A stretch of DNA of 63,963 nucleotides, the filler included, from Stramenopiles sp. TOSAG23-3 (Eukaryota), in assembly GCA_900128585.1 (NCBI GenBank). It is 4 parts of 4 records of this genome, joined end to end, with 100 filler letters (N's around TTAATTAATTAA, not from the genome) between each part and the next. Parts side by side here need not be neighbours in the genome. Positions count along the whole stretch, not along the records: positions 41,392 to 61,877 come from LT642375.1; positions 61,978 to 63,963 come from LT645181.1; 2 more parts are not named here. One strand, written 5' to 3'. How positions within the stretch are numbered: position 1 is the first letter of the stretch; each line of letters starts with the position of its first letter. This document shows positions 54,299-63,963 of the stretch, piece after piece. Below the pieces are notes generated by a model. The model was not told where the DNA came from, made no database searches, and saw only the letters and a program-made list of their open reading frames with translations. Both the position numbers and the translations under genes were made by a program.

Positions 54299-54419
54299 TA
54301 TTCAACTTTCACGCTCTAGTTTGTAGAGTTATATAGTAGTAGTTGTTGTTGGACCAGCAGCCAGTGTTATAGTCGCGCAGTAGTAGCAGTTGTAGTATAG
54401 TAACACCCCTCCCCTCCCC

Positions 54420-56042
54420 ATGTCCCTTCTCCCGTCGGCTGTGCGGTCGGACCCGACCCTCGGTCGGTCCATTGTTAGGAAATCTAGTTCAAAGTCCGTG
54501 TCTGGGATCGCTCACAACGACTCGGTAGCCGCAAACTTTACGATGAAGCGGGGGCACTCGGACCCCACCCCTCGGCGAATGCAGGAGCGGCCGAGGGGGC
54601 TCCGGCACTTCCCGCCGCGGCACTCGGGCGTCCTCGAGTGGAAGCCGTTGGTCAAGAAGATCGAGTACAAGAAGCCCCCGCGGCGGGTCAGCTCGGTAAA
54701 GACGATAACCCCACCCGGCTCGTCGAAGAACTGGGACGAGATCCCACAGGGGAGGAAGAGCGTAAAGCAAAAGCCGGCGCGGAAACAACACTACGACATG
54801 CTCGACGAGGTCGGGCGGCGGCGCCGCATTCGGGACCCGGATGGGCGGCTCCAAGGGCGGCGGCAAGCGGCGGAGCAGGACCTTCAGGACCTCATGGGGA
54901 ACAAACGGAAGAACTACACCCTTGAGATGGCCCGGAACGGGATCCCTTGCAAGTCATTCGGCGACAAGCTGTTCAAGAGCCCGCTGATGATCCCGGGATT
55001 TTACACCAAGGACAACTCCTGGGGGATCCGGTACGGGCACATCCTGCGGCGGCTCCCGGGGGAGCGCCCGGGCGTCCTCCCGGGGAGCAACTGGGGGTTC
55101 TCCAAGGCGACGCAGAGCACGTGGGAGGACGAGAAGATCTTCGGGCGGGACCTGAAGTCGCTGTGGCGACGGAACCCAACCATACCGAAGATCATCCTCC
55201 TCTGCTGCTCGGAGATTTTGGAGAGCCACGCGGGCCAGAAAGGGCTCTTCGCGGAGGAGCACTTCCCCACCGACCTGGACAAGTTCACCGTCGAGATGAA
55301 GGGGCGGATGAAGACGATCAAGGGCATCGTCAAGAAGTGCGACCGGGGGATGGACCACACCATCGCCTGGGAGGACGTCAAGGACCCACTCGTCTACGTC
55401 GGCCTCCTCCGGGTCTTCTTCGGGATGCTCAACCCCCCCCTCATGGGGGCCCACAACTACGACCGGTTTTTCGACGCGGCGAGGCAGGAGACCCCCCTCG
55501 CGCGGATCTCCGCCACGCGCACGGTCGTCATGAGCCTGTCCACCGCCAACCAGACGGTCCTGGCCTACATGGTGAAGTTCTTCACCCGCCTCCTCAACCC
55601 GGAGCACGTCTCCAAGAGCAAGCTGACGGAAAAGGACATCGCCGCCGCGTTCGCCCCCATGTTCATCCGACCCTTTGGGTGGAGCTCGGCCGACGAGCGG
55701 ACCGCCAACTCGGCCCGGGACTCCCAGAGCATCATGCAGGTCGTGGTCAAGAAGAACGAGCCGATCTCCGGGATGAGCCTGAAGATACTCTTGAACCTCA
55801 TCGGGACGGGATCGAACGAGATATTCCAGTCCATCTCCCTGCGGGCCTACGACAAGCGCCAGACCAAGCGGGTAACGTACGAGGAAAAAGTTAGAATGAA
55901 AATAGAGCAGGAAGAGAAGGACAGCGTCGACGAGCTCCGGGAATGGGAGGCCTCGACCGGGTGCTTCACGCTGGACGAGGACAACGTGAACGCTGCTGGC
56001 GCGCAAAGCCCCGAGGCGGGGGGCGACCCTGCAGGGGAGTAA
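54420..56042 (+). CDS. RhoGAP-like domain protein with SPATS1/SASRP1-like flanking motifs
   Basis: RhoGAP 'IFGRDL...IPKIILLC...KGLF', 'GLLRVFFGMLNPPLM', 'LSTANQTVLAYMVKF', 'IAAAFAPMFIRP'; flanks 'RNGIPCKSFGDK...PGFY' and 'YEEK...SVDELREW'. Confidence 0.85.
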   Translation: MSLLPSAVRSDPTLGRSIVRKSSSKSVSGIAHNDSVAANFTMKRGHSDPTPRRMQERPRGLRHFPPRHSGVLEWKPLVKKIEYKKPPRRVSSVKTITPPGSSKNWDEIPQGRKSVKQKPARKQHYDMLDEVGRRRRIRDPDGRLQGRRQAAEQDLQDLMGNKRKNYTLEMARNGIPCKSFGDKLFKSPLMIPGFYTKDNSWGIRYGHILRRLPGERPGVLPGSNWGFSKATQSTWEDEKIFGRDLKSLWRRNPTIPKIILLCCSEILESHAGQKGLFAEEHFPTDLDKFTVEMKGRMKTIKGIVKKCDRGMDHTIAWEDVKDPLVYVGLLRVFFGMLNPPLMGAHNYDRFFDAARQETPLARISATRTVVMSLSTANQTVLAYMVKFFTRLLNPEHVSKSKLTEKDIAAAFAPMFIRPFGWSSADERTANSARDSQSIMQVVVKKNEPISGMSLKILLNLIGTGSNEIFQSISLRAYDKRQTKRVTYEEKVRMKIEQEEKDSVDELREWEASTGCFTLDEDNVNAAGAQSPEAGGDPAGE

Positions 56043-56097
56043 GTCATAAAATACTTAGTTACGATTTCGTAAGAAGAAGAAAAAACCCAGTTCAGTT

Positions 56098-56170
56098 AAA
56101 AAAAAACAAATTATATAGTATGCTTTAAGACTCTCATTTTAAATCAATTGCTATTTCAGTTCCAACCCTA
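56098..56170 (+). repeat. Dispersed ~70-bp element, copy 2 (copy 1 at 7961-8038)
   Basis: Same blocks as 7961-8038 with small indels. Confidence 0.85.
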
Positions 56171-56224
56171 CAGTTTATCTACGTAAATAAATGTACAGTA
56201 GTCGTTGTTGCGAGGGCCCACTGC

Positions 56225-56581
56225 TCACTCCTTTGGGGGCGTGTAGTCCGTGTGGTTCACCACAATGACGTTCTCTAAGAGTTCCACCCCGTTAAAATTG
56301 TCCACCGCCAGAATTGCACTCCTTTCGTCTAAATATTTCAAGAAACCAAACCCTTTAGACTTTCCGTTCTGCTTGTCACGAACCAAATTCAAATGTTCTA
56401 TTTCTCCGCACTCCGAGAACACACAAATTACGTCCCCCTCGGAAAGTTTCGGGGACAATCCACCAACATACACCCACGCGTTCCCCTTGTGGTCCCCGTG
56501 CCACGATGCGCTCGTCCCAGCAATCCCGTTCGCAAGCTCCTGCTCATTGATACGGTTGATCTTCTCCGCCCGCGCACTCAT
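56225..56581 (-). CDS. RBMX2: RES-complex RRM protein (RBMX2/Ist3/Snu17), 118 aa
   Basis: 'INEQEL..GI...ASWH..KGNAWVYVGGL...LSEGDVICVFSECGE...LVRDK..GKSKGFGFLKY.DERS.ILAVDNFNG'. Confidence 0.95.
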   Translation of the reverse strand: MSARAEKINRINEQELANGIAGTSASWHGDHKGNAWVYVGGLSPKLSEGDVICVFSECGEIEHLNLVRDKQNGKSKGFGFLKYLDERSAILAVDNFNGVELLENVIVVNHTDYTPPKE

Positions 56582-57128
56582 CGCTGCTTTACAAAAAAGA
56601 AGAAGAAACCGTTCTGACAAGGTCCCCAGTAGCAACGAATGGCCGACTCTCTGTTTCAATCCTTTTCTTTTCCGTTTACATTGTATAAAAACAGAAATGC
56701 ATTCATTTAATATAAGTAATATACCAAGTAATTAAAAAAGAAGAAGAAGTGTCAAACAAAAAAAAAGAAGAAGAAGAAGAAAGAAGAAGAACGACGAAGA
56801 AAGAAGAAGAAAGAAGAAGAAAGAAGAAGAAGAAGAAAGAAGAAGAAAGAAAGAAAGAAAGAAAGAGAAGATTGAGTGGGGCGGCATATATGTTACGTAC
56901 CACCGTACCCAATACCCAATAATAATTTTATAAATTAATTAATAATAAATATTCCTCGGCGGCGGATTATTGGCCATTTGCTTGCAGCTTGCAGTACCGT
57001 ACGGTTTCCTCCAATCTGACATTAGATGAATATTCCTTCTACTTTTTCTTCACCTTATCATGTTACTTACCTTTCCTTTTACCCATACCCAAACCAACCA
57101 TTTTGAGTTAATTCCGCCAACCCCAATA

Positions 57129-59573
57129 ATGGCGGCGGTTTCCAATCCTTGGCTTGTTTTCCTGGCAACTGTGCTGACTTGTCCTATCCTCTTGGTCTCC
57201 TCCTCGACGTTTCCGCAGTGGGCGTCGGCAAGATATGGGCTCCGATTCGAAACGATGGGGGGATGGCCGACAGTTGCAAGGGAACTTTTGGACACGCGGG
57301 TGTCCCAGAGCGTGTTAGGTGCCAATGGGGTGGCCTGGTTTCTCACTTCCAAGGCAGATCTCGTGTGCTGCAGCAGTGTGCACGACTTGAGTGGGCAGTG
57401 CACGACGGTAGAGAGCGGGTTTTCCTCTGGGTCCTTCCTTGCAAGCATGAGCCCCGACGGGCCGGGACACGTCGCGGTCTTTGCAGAATCGGGGGAAATA
57501 TCACTCTTCGGGGAAGACAGGGTAGAACCATGCTCGACAGGTAGAGCGGTCACTAGCACCGACGCGTTCGGCACACTGTTCGATGTCTACAGCGGCCGGG
57601 AATTTACCCTCGTCGCGTCGGAAACGGGGCTGCACGTCCTCGCGGCCGAGGGCAACAGCAAGGACTCCCTTGGGCTTCAACCGCTGTGGTCTTGGTCTAA
57701 CCTCTGCGACGGGGCGAACCAGACGGTTGCCCCGGTCTACAGCGTCACATGTGCAGATGACGGATCCAACTGCGGGGCGGGGACTGAGCAGTGCTTTCTT
57801 TGGTTTGATGTTGCGGAAAAGAGACGAATTAGGCACGAGTGGACGGGCGGGCTCCTCGATGGTCGGCCGATCGCCGCCGTGTTTGCCGAGGGCTCGTACT
57901 GGGTCGCCACATCCAGGTCTTTGAACGAGTACAGGCTGCTCCCGATAGCGGGAGCTGCCGCAGGAGTCTGGCAACGCTACGCGGGCGGGCCCGGGGGGCT
58001 CCCGGCCGCGAACATCACGGACCTCGTGGCTGGCCCGGGATCAACTCTCGTGCTCGCCACTGCATCCGGAGTGGTCATCTTCGTGGACGGCAGGTTCGAC
58101 TTTTTGGCTGGCCCGCGGTGGCTGGCCACGGACAACGCCACAGACTCCGTTGCCTTCCTGAGCACAATCGAGAACGGAACGGTCGTCGTAGGGTCGTCGA
58201 AATTTCCCGGAATCTCGGTGCTGTCACTGAAGGAGTGGACCCTGCGTGCCAAGGCTATACACTTCCAACAGACGGTCGCCCCGCGACATTTTCGACTGCA
58301 CACGGGGCTGATATCGAGCCTTCCGTTGGCCGAGTTTGGCAATCTGGAGTCCGCCGACACGAATGCACCGGACGACAACGACGGGCTTTGGGCAGAGGAC
58401 TACCTGGCCGCGCAAAGCTTTCGGTACGCAGTAGGAGACGATCCCGCTGCCAAGAAAGACGCTGCCGCGCAAGCGCTCCAGATGCTGACCACCCTAGAGA
58501 ACCTGGTGAACGTGACCGGCGTCGCCGGCCTTCCTGCGAGGACCATGGTAGCGCACGCAGCCCATAAGAACGAGCCTGACCACTGGGGGTGGAACCCTTC
58601 GCTGACAAAAGAGGGGTGGTGGTTCATCGGGAACACATCGAGCGACGAGATGACGGGCCACATGTTCGGTCTCTCAGTTTTCATGGACGTGGGGCCGGTC
58701 CACTTGGAGTCCGCGGGAGCCCGGGCTCAAAAGCTGATGAACGACATGGTCACCAGGATCGTGAAGGGTGGGTTGGTTTTGAGGGACATTGAGTGGACCC
58801 ATGAAACGAAGTGGGGCCACTGGGATCCTTTGGACCTGAACGGGAACTTTTCGTGGTCCGACGAGCGGGGGCTTAACTCGCTCCAAATACTTGCATACTT
58901 AGCCACGGCGTTGGCGCACCAGCCGTCCCCGGAAAAGATCGCAGAGGAGCCGTACAAGTCCTACCTTGCTGTGCTTGGTCGTCTGGTCGATGCCGAAGGG
59001 TACCTTTTGAACATTCTGAACCAAAAAATTACAAGCCCGGGAGAGATCAATTTCTCAGACAACGACTTGGCGTTCAAGCCCTACTATACCCTAGGTGCTG
59101 CCTGCCAGTTTGGGTCGTTTGCAAACGGCAAGCGGTCGTTCTCATCCCCCGAGTTTGCGGCGTTGTGTAGAAAGATTGCCCCCGCGTTTCAGGCCAGCAT
59201 CCAGCGGGCATGGCGGGTCATTGCTCCTGGGAAGCAAAGCATGTTCGGCTTCATCTATGCTGCGGTAGTCGAGCTGAGTCCTGAGGCCAAAGCAGACGAC
59301 GCTGTCCAAGCATCAATAGAAACACTACAGGAGTACCCTGTGGACATAATAGAGTGGCCCACGGACAACCGCAAACGGGTCGACCTCGATGCAGATCAGG
59401 CCATGCTGCCATCAATCCTAAGGAGCAGGACAGCAATCCCGCGCCACCAGTCTGCTGCGTTGCGGTGGTGCGACGACCCATTTGCGTTTGTCGGTGGGAC
59501 TGGCATGAGGGAGGAGGACCCGACATTCTTCCTTGGCGCGTTCTGGTTGGCGGCGTTTCATCAGTTTGTGTGA
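57129..59573 (+). CDS. Secreted protein: beta-propeller-like N-terminal region + putative (alpha/alpha)6 glycoside-hydrolase-like domain
   Basis: Signal peptide; propeller-type 'GLPAANITDL', 'GPRWL'; motifs 'DNDGLW', 'GLPAR', 'GNTSSDEMTGH', 'TKWGHW', 'GLNSLQILAYL', 'NFSDNDLAF', 'FLGAFW'. Confidence 0.75.
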   Translation: MAAVSNPWLVFLATVLTCPILLVSSSTFPQWASARYGLRFETMGGWPTVARELLDTRVSQSVLGANGVAWFLTSKADLVCCSSVHDLSGQCTTVESGFSSGSFLASMSPDGPGHVAVFAESGEISLFGEDRVEPCSTGRAVTSTDAFGTLFDVYSGREFTLVASETGLHVLAAEGNSKDSLGLQPLWSWSNLCDGANQTVAPVYSVTCADDGSNCGAGTEQCFLWFDVAEKRRIRHEWTGGLLDGRPIAAVFAEGSYWVATSRSLNEYRLLPIAGAAAGVWQRYAGGPGGLPAANITDLVAGPGSTLVLATASGVVIFVDGRFDFLAGPRWLATDNATDSVAFLSTIENGTVVVGSSKFPGISVLSLKEWTLRAKAIHFQQTVAPRHFRLHTGLISSLPLAEFGNLESADTNAPDDNDGLWAEDYLAAQSFRYAVGDDPAAKKDAAAQALQMLTTLENLVNVTGVAGLPARTMVAHAAHKNEPDHWGWNPSLTKEGWWFIGNTSSDEMTGHMFGLSVFMDVGPVHLESAGARAQKLMNDMVTRIVKGGLVLRDIEWTHETKWGHWDPLDLNGNFSWSDERGLNSLQILAYLATALAHQPSPEKIAEEPYKSYLAVLGRLVDAEGYLLNILNQKITSPGEINFSDNDLAFKPYYTLGAACQFGSFANGKRSFSSPEFAALCRKIAPAFQASIQRAWRVIAPGKQSMFGFIYAAVVELSPEAKADDAVQASIETLQEYPVDIIEWPTDNRKRVDLDADQAMLPSILRSRTAIPRHQSAALRWCDDPFAFVGGTGMREEDPTFFLGAFWLAAFHQFV

Positions 59574-60427
59574 GGGAGGGGGAGCAAGTAACGTGATAGG
59601 GTGGGTTATCCTGGCACAAAGTAAATGTAAGTGATGTATGTGACATCAATAGCGAAATATTCAAAATTTTTTCGTATTCTTTTATACCCACGCACCGATA
59701 ATGTCAAATTAAATTCCAAAATATAAATCAAAAACAAGAAAATTGGCTGTTATTTAAGTAATTAAATTTAGCTTCAAATATAAATCTACTTTTATAATAT
59801 TTATTATGGTTTCCTCGTAGACTAATCCTAATAAATAAAACAAGAAAATTGGCTCATACCCTAATCCTAACTTGATCATGAAATTTTGTTTGTGTTCGTG
59901 TTATTACCTGTTAAAATGTATTCAGCGCAAAATGGATCGGTAATTTTATTTAGAAGAGTAGTTATACATTATACAGCATTAAAATTGGATCGAAAATTCT
60001 ACAACAATTATTTACAAACAACTCTTTTACTACAATTACCTGTTATTACCTGTTAATTTATCGCCAGTCAAATCTTTTTTTTTAAATAAATAAAAGCTTA
60101 ATAAACAAACAACAACAGGAACACACCGTACAGTTAGGGAAGTAGAGAAAAATTATTGTTGATGAATAAAATCTACAAGGAACAAAATAACGCACAGGCA
60201 AACACCATCACAGGCACAAACATAAGCACCACCAAAAGCACCACCAAAACGTTTACTTCATTATTCGAACACATATTTACAGGGACGTCACCTCAATAAG
60301 TAGCACGATGGATGGAACGAAAGTAAAAACGAATCGGTCCTCAGAAATAAAATCGAAATATACATTATTAGTTAACAAACAGGCAGTGTGTTATATTATT
60401 CAAGATTAAAAAGTATTGAGGACTAGA

Positions 60428-61877
60428 ATGTTTTCAAAGGCGTTCTTTGTCCTTTCCGTCTTCTTGGCGGCAAGCTGTTGTGTGCAGGGACAGTTTCTCC
60501 GTGGGAGGGAGGGAAGGGGCCTTGAGGACAATGCGGGGTTTGTCGCTGAAATGGAAGGTCGACGCCTGGGCAACAGCAACAATGATCTCTTTGCTGACAG
60601 TGTCTTTCTCGAAGGTGCCCTAGGGATGCAACAACGACGGCTTTCTTCGATGCTCCGTCCGGAGCTGAAAACTGCCCTCGTGGTTTATGATGACGAGAGC
60701 AGTGGCGAAGCGCACGGGCGAAGGTTGCGCAAGAAGAAGGGGAAAAAAAGGTCCCGTAAGCCTGCGCCGAGGAGGAGGGCTCCAAAGCGCGCACCGAGGA
60801 AGAGGGCTCCGAAGCGCGCACCGAGGAAGAGGGCCCCGAAGCGCGCGCCGAAGAGGAGGGCCCCGAAGCGCGCACCGAAGAGGAGGGCCCCGAAGCGCGC
60901 GCCGAAGAGGAGGGCCCCGAAGCGCGCACCGAAGAGGAGGGCCCCGAAGCGCGCACCGAAGAGGAGGGCCCCGAAGCGTGCACCGAGGAAGAGGAAACCA
61001 AAGCCTGCGCCAAGGAAGAGGGCTCCTAAGCGTTACAAGAAGAATAAACCTTTGGAGAAGAGAAAGCGGAAGCATGTTAAGAAAGAAGGCAAGAAGAAGA
61101 AACCTTTGAAGAAGAAGCATGTTAAGAAAGACGGCAAGAAGAAGAAACCATTGAAGAAGAGAAAGGACAACAAGAAGAAACCTTTGAAGAAGAGAAAGAA
61201 GAAGCCTGTTAAGAANNNNNNNNNNNNNNNNNNNNNNNNNNNNNNNNNNNNNNNNNNNNNNNNNNNNNNNNNNNNNNNNCCTTTGAAGAAGAGAAAGAAG
61301 AAGCCTGTTAAGAAAGAAGGCAAGAAGAAGAAACCTTTGAAGAAGAAGCATGTCAAGAAAGACGGCGAGAAGAAGAAACCATTGAAGAAGAAAAAGGACA
61401 AAAAGAAGAAACCTTTGAAGAAGAGAGAGAAGAAGCCTGTTAAAAGAAAGCGGAATGAAAAGGGAAAGAATGTCGACAAGAAAAAGCGCAAGAAAGGCGA
61501 CAAGAAAAAGCGCGAGAAACGCCGGCGAGAACGCATAGCTGGGAAGGAAAAGGAAATGCGAAAGAAATTTAAACGCCGGCAAGCAGACAAGGAGAAACGT
61601 GAGAAGGAGATGAAAAAGGACATCCGAGATAAAATAAAACGCCGGTTCGAACGCAAAGCGGAGGAAGAGGAAATGCGAGACAACGACGACGAACACTTTG
61701 ATGACGAAGAACACTATGATGACGACGAACACTATGATGACGACGAACACTATGATGACGACGAACACTATGATGACGACGAACACTATGATGATGACGA
61801 GGAAGAGTGGTATGAAGAGGAAGAGTGTGACCCGGAGATGTACGATTGCTATGGCCAGGATGGTGGTGAAGAGTCGT
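60428..61877 (+). CDS. Secreted low-complexity Lys/Arg-rich repeat protein with RXL motifs and acidic DDDEHY repeats (3' truncated at scaffold end; internal gap 61216-61279)
   Basis: Signal peptide MFSKAFFVLSVFLAASCCVQG; RGL and three RRL motifs; 27-bp (KRAPKRRAP) repeats, KKPLKK repeats, 18-bp (DDDEHY) repeats. Confidence 0.82.
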
Positions 61878-61977
61878 NNNNNNNNNNNNNNNNNNNNNNN
61901 NNNNNNNNNNNNNNNNNNNNNTTAATTAATTAANNNNNNNNNNNNNNNNNNNNNNNNNNNNNNNNNNNNNNNNNNNN
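61878..61977. other. Artificial scaffold-concatenation linker
   Basis: 44 N + TTAATTAATTAA + 44 N. Confidence 0.97.
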
Positions 61978-63331
61978 TGTCTTCTCCCTCTTTCTTCTTT
62001 CTTTGCTGTTTTTCACTCTTTGCCGTCAGTGTAGAATTCACCGTCTTATCTCCCGTCACCAATGTCTTTGTTGCATTTTCCTCTTTCTTTTCTTGTTCTC
62101 TCAATTTCTCTCTTTTATTTTCCTCTCGTTTCTTCTTTCTTTGCTGTTCTATCAATTTCTTTTTTTCATTTTCCTCTTTCTTCTTTCTTTGTTGTTTTCT
62201 TGTTGTTTTCTTACAGGTTTGTCCAGCATGGCAACCATTATACGGCTTACTCCAATCTTTACCATATATATTAGCCAATAACTGTTTGGAATTATTCATA
62301 ACAGGAAATGCCATTCCATTTAAAGATACCCAGTGCTTGTGCGTCCAGTCAGATTTTTGAATCAGCCATCCATCATGGTTCATGTTGGTATTAATAATGA
62401 TGTATGAAGAATTCTTTTCTCCTACTTCAGATCCGTTGATAAGAAAATTTATTGCAATTGAGATTCTGTAAATAGCACCTTTCCAAATAACGTCCATCTG
62501 AGATGGTCTGGTTTTCCCCATAAATTTTTGGCTTCCCCAGGTTTCAACATGAGTAAATGTGGTTCTAAGTGATGCTTCAAGCGCTTTGTGCTTTTCACTG
62601 GTGATATTGTTGGGGCTTACCATAAAAAATTCCCCGTCATATTCCCAACACATTATATAGCCATCTCGAACAGCACCTAAGAGTGTCCCTAAACCCAAAG
62701 TAAAAGAAACAGAATGTTCCGTTAACGTTTTGGCAAGCTTTTCAAAAGCAGCATATGCCAGTCTATGTGAAAATGGTCCCTTTCTTGTACACTCACTTGT
62801 ATTATAGTCATATTCTGGCGTTGAAAAGTTTTCACAGCACCAGACATTACGTGGCATACCCTTCCTTGGCAGGGTTGCAAGTGGGGTTCTGTACTGTTTA
62901 CAGTCTTTGTCTCTGCATTGAAATAGCGACCAAAGTGTATTAGTTTTACTCGTCTCGTTTACTGTATTGTTTACTCTTCTACTCTTTTTTGAAACCTCCT
63001 CTTGAGAGTAAATTTTCTCATTTCGCAGAAAACCAACTTCTCCTATGCCCAATGGGTAGTTCTCCCGACGAAATTTACCTCCACGCAAAATATTTATACC
63101 AACATCCTCTTCACTGCATATATTTTTGCAGACTTCTGCTTCCGTCTTGTTTGATTCTACAAGAACAAGAGTAATTTCCTGTTTGTTTCTTTTATGTGTT
63201 CCCTCGATACTCTGGACGGGGACAGTACCACTAAAATACAATGCACTGTGTATATTCCATTCGAACGGAAGATAAAAGGAAACAAAACATACAGTGATTA
63301 TGAACACAATGATACGTTTGTTTTGCTCCAT
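61978..63331 (-). CDS. LicD/fukutin-family phosphotransferase, type II membrane protein (3' truncated at scaffold edge)
   Basis: N-terminal TM 'IIVFIITVCFVSFYL'; 'LGLGTLLGAVRDGYIMCWEYDGEF'; 'FPVMNNSKQLLANIYGKDWSKP'; Lys/Glu-rich tail. Confidence 0.85.
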
Positions 63332-63963
63332 TTGTAAAAGAGGATGCGTAAGTTGATGGTGTTAATGCACAATCTGATATCTAAAACAATTTCTAGGTGT
63401 AAATAATACGAAATTTCACGCACATGGGCTGGTTAAACGACAAAGGATGGAGTGGTACTACAAACGATTTCGTGAAGGCCAGGAAATTTCACCGGCAGGC
63501 GAGGCTGGATGGCAAGAGGCAGTACGACAGCTACGGGAAGAGCTAAGTAGAAAAGCCGAGGCGTATTTCCGAATGTTTTAAAGTTGTATAGTAAACTGCT
63601 TTTTTAAAAGCAATGGTATTAGAAGTAGTACTTACAATTTTACCTATCAATAATTTGAAGATGCGTTTCGAGATTTCGAAGGATGAGAAATAGAAATGTA
63701 TTCCTATCAATAGTATATCACAATTTCAATTACAGTATACACAGAAATATTCCTGAATTGTTACGTAAATTTTGTCAACACATTATAAAATAAAACATAA
63801 AAATATCCACGTTGCTAATACTACTATACACTGTATTTTTTTTTGTATTATTACGGAAAGTTGTATCCAAAGAAGTCCTATGATGGTATGCCCTGCACAA
63901 TGGCTAAAACCTTTCACAAGAAAAGGAGTTGTAGTACCGTACCAGTAAGTAAGAAGGCAAAGA

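Noticed and set aside
49116..56006. Long antisense or alternate-frame ORFs (49116-50261, 54947-55894, 54954-56006; also 43256-44155, 60620-61786)
   Set aside because: Shadows of high-GC3 or repetitive real genes, with no independent motifs
60716..60730. RRLR as a bona fide oomycete RXLR effector motif
   Set aside because: It lies ~100 aa from the start, has no downstream dEER or WY domain, and is one of several RXL sites; better read as a processing motif
18233..63331. Glycan-biosynthesis cluster (epimerase fusion, SLC35A transporter, LicD)
   Set aside because: The genes lie on three different scaffolds joined artificially

Overview
Eukaryotic DNA from a compact, intron-poor genome of a flagellated protist. 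The gene content and style suggest a heterotrophic stramenopile MAG/SAG; this is inference, not proven. The window is NOT contiguous: three identical 100-nt linkers (44 N + TTAATTAATTAA + 44 N) at 20615, 41292 and 61878 join four scaffolds, the two complete ones being about 20.5 kb. About 29 protein-coding genes, mostly single-exon, sit as moderate-to-high-GC islands between very AT-rich, microsatellite-laden spacers. Recognisable genes include SEC14-GOLD, LtrA-like, acid lipase (one clear 113-nt intron), HSD17B10, RCE1, bleomycin hydrolase, an SLC35A transporter, a D-2-hydroxyacid dehydrogenase, cysteine synthase-like, cyclophilin, GAS8/DRC4, RBMX2/IST3 and a LicD-family enzyme. The most unusual items are: (1) a Tudor-NlpC/P60 peptidase-TTLL10-like ligase fusion, a candidate tubulin-code writer/eraser in one chain; (2) a secreted RXL-motif, polycationic plus acidic His/Tyr-repeat protein with silaffin/cingulin-like architecture; (3) an ankyrin-anoctamin with altered Ca2+-site residues; (4) a SPATS1-like protein split by an arginine-finger-less RhoGAP domain; (5) a putative GT-A-like domain fused to UDP-glucuronate 4-epimerase; (6) a CRAMP1/TKI1-like gene split at a G11 run; and (7) several small dispersed, inverted and tandem repeats. 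I found no rRNA, tRNA, CRISPR or recognisable transposase. All family assignments are from motif recognition by eye, with no database searches.
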